From Felis catus (lineage: Eukaryota), in the NCBI RefSeq assembly GCF_018350175.1, contig NC_058368.1, positions 19,036,001 through 19,100,000 of the forward strand: DNA of 64,000 bases. Direction: 5' to 3'. The notes beneath the pieces were generated by a model that had not been told where the DNA came from, searched no databases, and worked only from the letters and a program-made list of their open reading frames with translations. The position numbers and the translations under genes were made by a program. This document shows positions 60,926 through 64,000 of the stretch, piece by piece; within the stretch, counting starts at the first letter, position 1; the number at the start of each line of letters is the position of its first letter.

Positions 60926-62684
60926 TACATCATATTAATGATGAAATGTTGATAGCGCTCCCTTTAAAGCCAAGAACTAAATAAAATGTCCATTATTCAC
61001 TGCTCCTACTTAACATTATAGTACAGGGCTTAGTGCACTAAGAAAAAGAAACAAAACATACAGGTATAAAAATAGAAGAAACAAACTTTCATTACTTGCA
61101 GATTAGAAAAAAAAAAAGTAAATCTACAAGCTAACTCCTAAAATTAATGAGAGTTCAGGTAGATTGCTACAAGGTCAACATAAAAAAATCAATAGCTAAA
61201 TGGAGGATATAGGTTGAAATCTTTAATATAATTACTATAGGAATATCAAAAAGGAATATCAAAATAATATATGACTTCCAAGCTAATGGTGGGGTCAGGG
61301 GAGAAAGGTATTATATTGTAAAATTTCAATCAAACCAAAATAAAATGTCAGTAAGATTTGAATAAAGAATAAACAGAAGATTTGAATAAAACAATTAACA
61401 AATGACCTATTGGATACAGAAAAACTGTTCATACCAAAGCATAATACACTTTCAAGTACACAGAAAACATTTGATAAAATTGACCAAATTGTGGCAAGTA
61501 TAAACAAATTTCCAAGAACTAAAAAAAATATGTAATATGCTCTCTGACCACAATGCAATACAACCAGAAATCAGTTTCTAAAAGAGAATTATAGATACGT
61601 CTGTGTTTAAAAATAAGAAAGTGTACTTCTATGTAATACATGGGTCAAAGAAAGAAGTACAATGGAAATTAGAAAATATTTTGAATACTGATAAAAAATA
61701 CTACATATAAACGTTTGTGGGATGAAACTAAAGAAATTCTTAGAGAAAAATTTATAGCCTGAAATACTAAATAGAAAACAAAAAGCCAAAAATCTGTGAG
61801 TTCATCATCCCTCTAAAGAAGTTAAAAAACAAGAACAAATTAAACCAAAGAAAATGGAAGAAAGGAAACACTAAACAATTGTAATTAATGAAGTAGAAGA
61901 CAAACAAGAGAATCAATAAAGTAAAAAAACTTGGTACTTTGAAAGGACTAATAAAATCAATATATCGCTGATGAGACTAATCAAAGGAAAAGAAGAGAAG
62001 GCACCAAGAAAGTAATATAAGGAATGAAAAAGGGAGCACTATAGTAGACATTAGAATACACTGATATTTTGAACCAACTGATGCCAGGACATTTGAAAAT
62101 TTAGATAAAATAGACATGTGCTTGGAAAAATACACCCTACCAAAATGTGCAGAATAAATACAATTATAAATAATTCTGTATCTAATAAAGAAATTAAACC
62201 ACAATTTTACAACTTCCTCACAAAGAAAATGAGGCCAAACCCCCACACGGAGGCCAATGTGGCTTCACCAGAGAATGCCACATTAAAGAAAAAAAATGTC
62301 AATTTATACAAACTCACCCAGGGAATTAAAAAAAAAAAAGAGGAAACACAACCCAATTCTGGTTTATGAAGCCAAAATTTGAAAAGAATATTATGAGAAA
62401 AGAAAAGCATAGCCAATCATACTTATGGCCTGGATACAAAAATTCTTAAGATTAAATTTTAATTAAAATTAAATATCCACCAATTTATGCAAAATAATAG
62501 AGTACAACAAAATTGTGTCTCTTCTAGGAATACAAAGCTGGTCAACCAATGCGATCAATCAGATTAGTAGAATAAGGTAAAACTTATATCATCTTCAGGA
62601 CTCAGAAAAACTGTCTGATAAAAATCTACTCATGATAAAAACTTAGCAAATTAAAGGAATTTCTTAATCTGATAAAGAGTATCT

Positions 62685-62686
<2 letters not shown>

Positions 62687-62734
<48 letters not shown>
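62687..62734. repeat. (CA)n microsatellite
   Basis: About 24 units. Confidence 0.95.
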
Positions 62735-62738
<4 letters not shown>

Positions 62739-62967
62739 AAATTCATTGGTGACAGACCTGGCAACTTTTCTGCCAGGAACAGAACAAGGATGAGTGCTAT
62801 CACCACTTCTAATTCAACAGAGGATCAAAGATTCTAGCCAGTGCTAGAAAAAAAAAAAAAAAAAATTGAAGAGGAAAAATTACGATTCATTATTTTCACA
62901 CGATATAATCATGTACCATAAAATCCAAAAGCATTTACGGATAAATTAGAATAAGAAAGTTTGGTGA

Positions 62968-63398
62968 AGGAAAGAGCCTAACTGTCCACCAACTGATGAA
63001 TGGATAAAGAAGATGTGGTTCATATATACGATGGGATACTACCTGGCAATGAGAAAGAATGAAATCCTGCCATTTGCAGCAACATGGGTGGAACTGGAGG
63101 GTATTATGCTGAAAGAAATAAGTCAGCCAGAGAAGGACATCATATGTTTTCACTCATATGTGGATCTTGAGAAACTAAACAGAAGACCATGGGAGAAGGG
63201 AAGGGGAAAAAAAATAGTTACAAACCGGGAGAGAGAAAGGCAAACCATAAGAGACTCTTAAAAACAGAGAACTGAGAGTTGATGGGGGATGGGGGAGCGG
63301 GGAAAATGGGTGATGCGCATTGAGGAAGGCACCTGTTGGGATGAGCACTGGGTGTTGTATGTAAGCCAATTTGACAATAAATTATATTCAAAGAAAAA
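62968..63398 (+). mobile_element. Young feline L1 3' end nested in the old L1
   Basis: TSD aagaaagtttggtga (62953-62967) / aagaaagtttggcga (63399-63413). Confidence 0.92.
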
Positions 63399-64000
63399 AA
63401 GAAAGTTTGGCGAGGTTGTTACTTGAAGGTTAATAAGATCAATTGCATTCCAGAGCAACAATAAACATTTAGAAAATAAAAATTTTTAAGGGATATCATT
63501 TATAATAGTATCAAAGATATCTAGAAATAAGTCTAACCAAAAATATACAAGCTTTCTTTAAAAAAAAAACTTTATTTAGTTTTTAGTAATCTCTGCACCC
63601 AACGTGAGGCTCAAACTCACAACCCTAAGATCGAGAATTCCTTGCTCTTTTGACTGAGCCCGCCAGGTCCCCTCCCCCAAATATACAAGGTGTTTGTACA
63701 GAAAATGAAAAAGCATTATGAAGACAGATTGAAGAAGTCCTAATTAAATGAGGAGAAATTCCATTCATGGGTTGGAAGATTCGGTATTGTAAAGATTTCA
63801 ATTCCTTTTTATCTACAGATTCAACATAATTTCAAACAAAATAACATCAGGGTGTGTATGTAACTTAACTAGATGATTTAAAAATTTATGTGGAAATACA
63901 GATGGCCTAAAAAACCCCAAACAGTTGTGAGAAAGGACAAGATGGGTGGACTCCTTTGACTGGAAATCAGGACTTAGTAGAAAACTATGATAAGTAGGAT

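Larger units (their letters stand above)
58990..64000 (+). mobile_element. Old, heavily decayed LINE-1 ORF2 segments (two successive pieces, the second restarting near 61.3 kb)
   Basis: A-rich strand with L1 landmarks (ctctctgaccacaatgcaata, tttgaaaatttagataaaatagac, ccattcatgggttggaagattc); hosts SINEs at 59490-59710 (+), 60088-60226 (-) and 63562-63672 (-). Confidence 0.75.

Overview
Mammalian genomic DNA, most likely a felid (feline-type Can-SINEs and carnivore LINE-1s). Two convergent genes are present. On the + strand are the last four coding exons and long 3' UTR of the mitochondrial ornithine carrier SLC25A15 (ORNT1/ORC1): 3032-3169, 6838-7007, 7899-8057 and 9528-9652. On the - strand are the last seven coding exons of a voltage-sensing phosphoinositide phosphatase, TPTE2/TPIP/VSP-like (44225 down to the stop at 13683), which splice with GT-AG borders into an open 207-codon frame covering the second half of the PTEN-like phosphatase domain and the C2 domain. 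The upstream exons (voltage sensor and the catalytic HCKGGK exon) were not found and presumably lie beyond position 64000. The rest is intron dense in transposons: about 40 Can-SINEs, a full-length decayed L1 with its TSD (47483-56831), a 5'-inverted twin-primed L1 (38206-41762), a composite L1 block (23.4-31.5 kb), MaLR LTRs, MIR/L2 and microsatellites. I found no convincing wholly new biological system. The best leads are a candidate 54-nt poison exon in the intron that splits the VSP P-loop, the intact VSP at a locus I recall being a pseudogene in human, a diverged counterpart of the human mir-621 hairpin, a tandem CTCF-like site, an apparent SINE-to-SINE conversion tract and several mechanistically informative retrotransposon junctions. 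Repeat boundaries are approximate unless a TSD is quoted. Comparisons to human proteins and repeat consensus sequences are from memory, not from searches.
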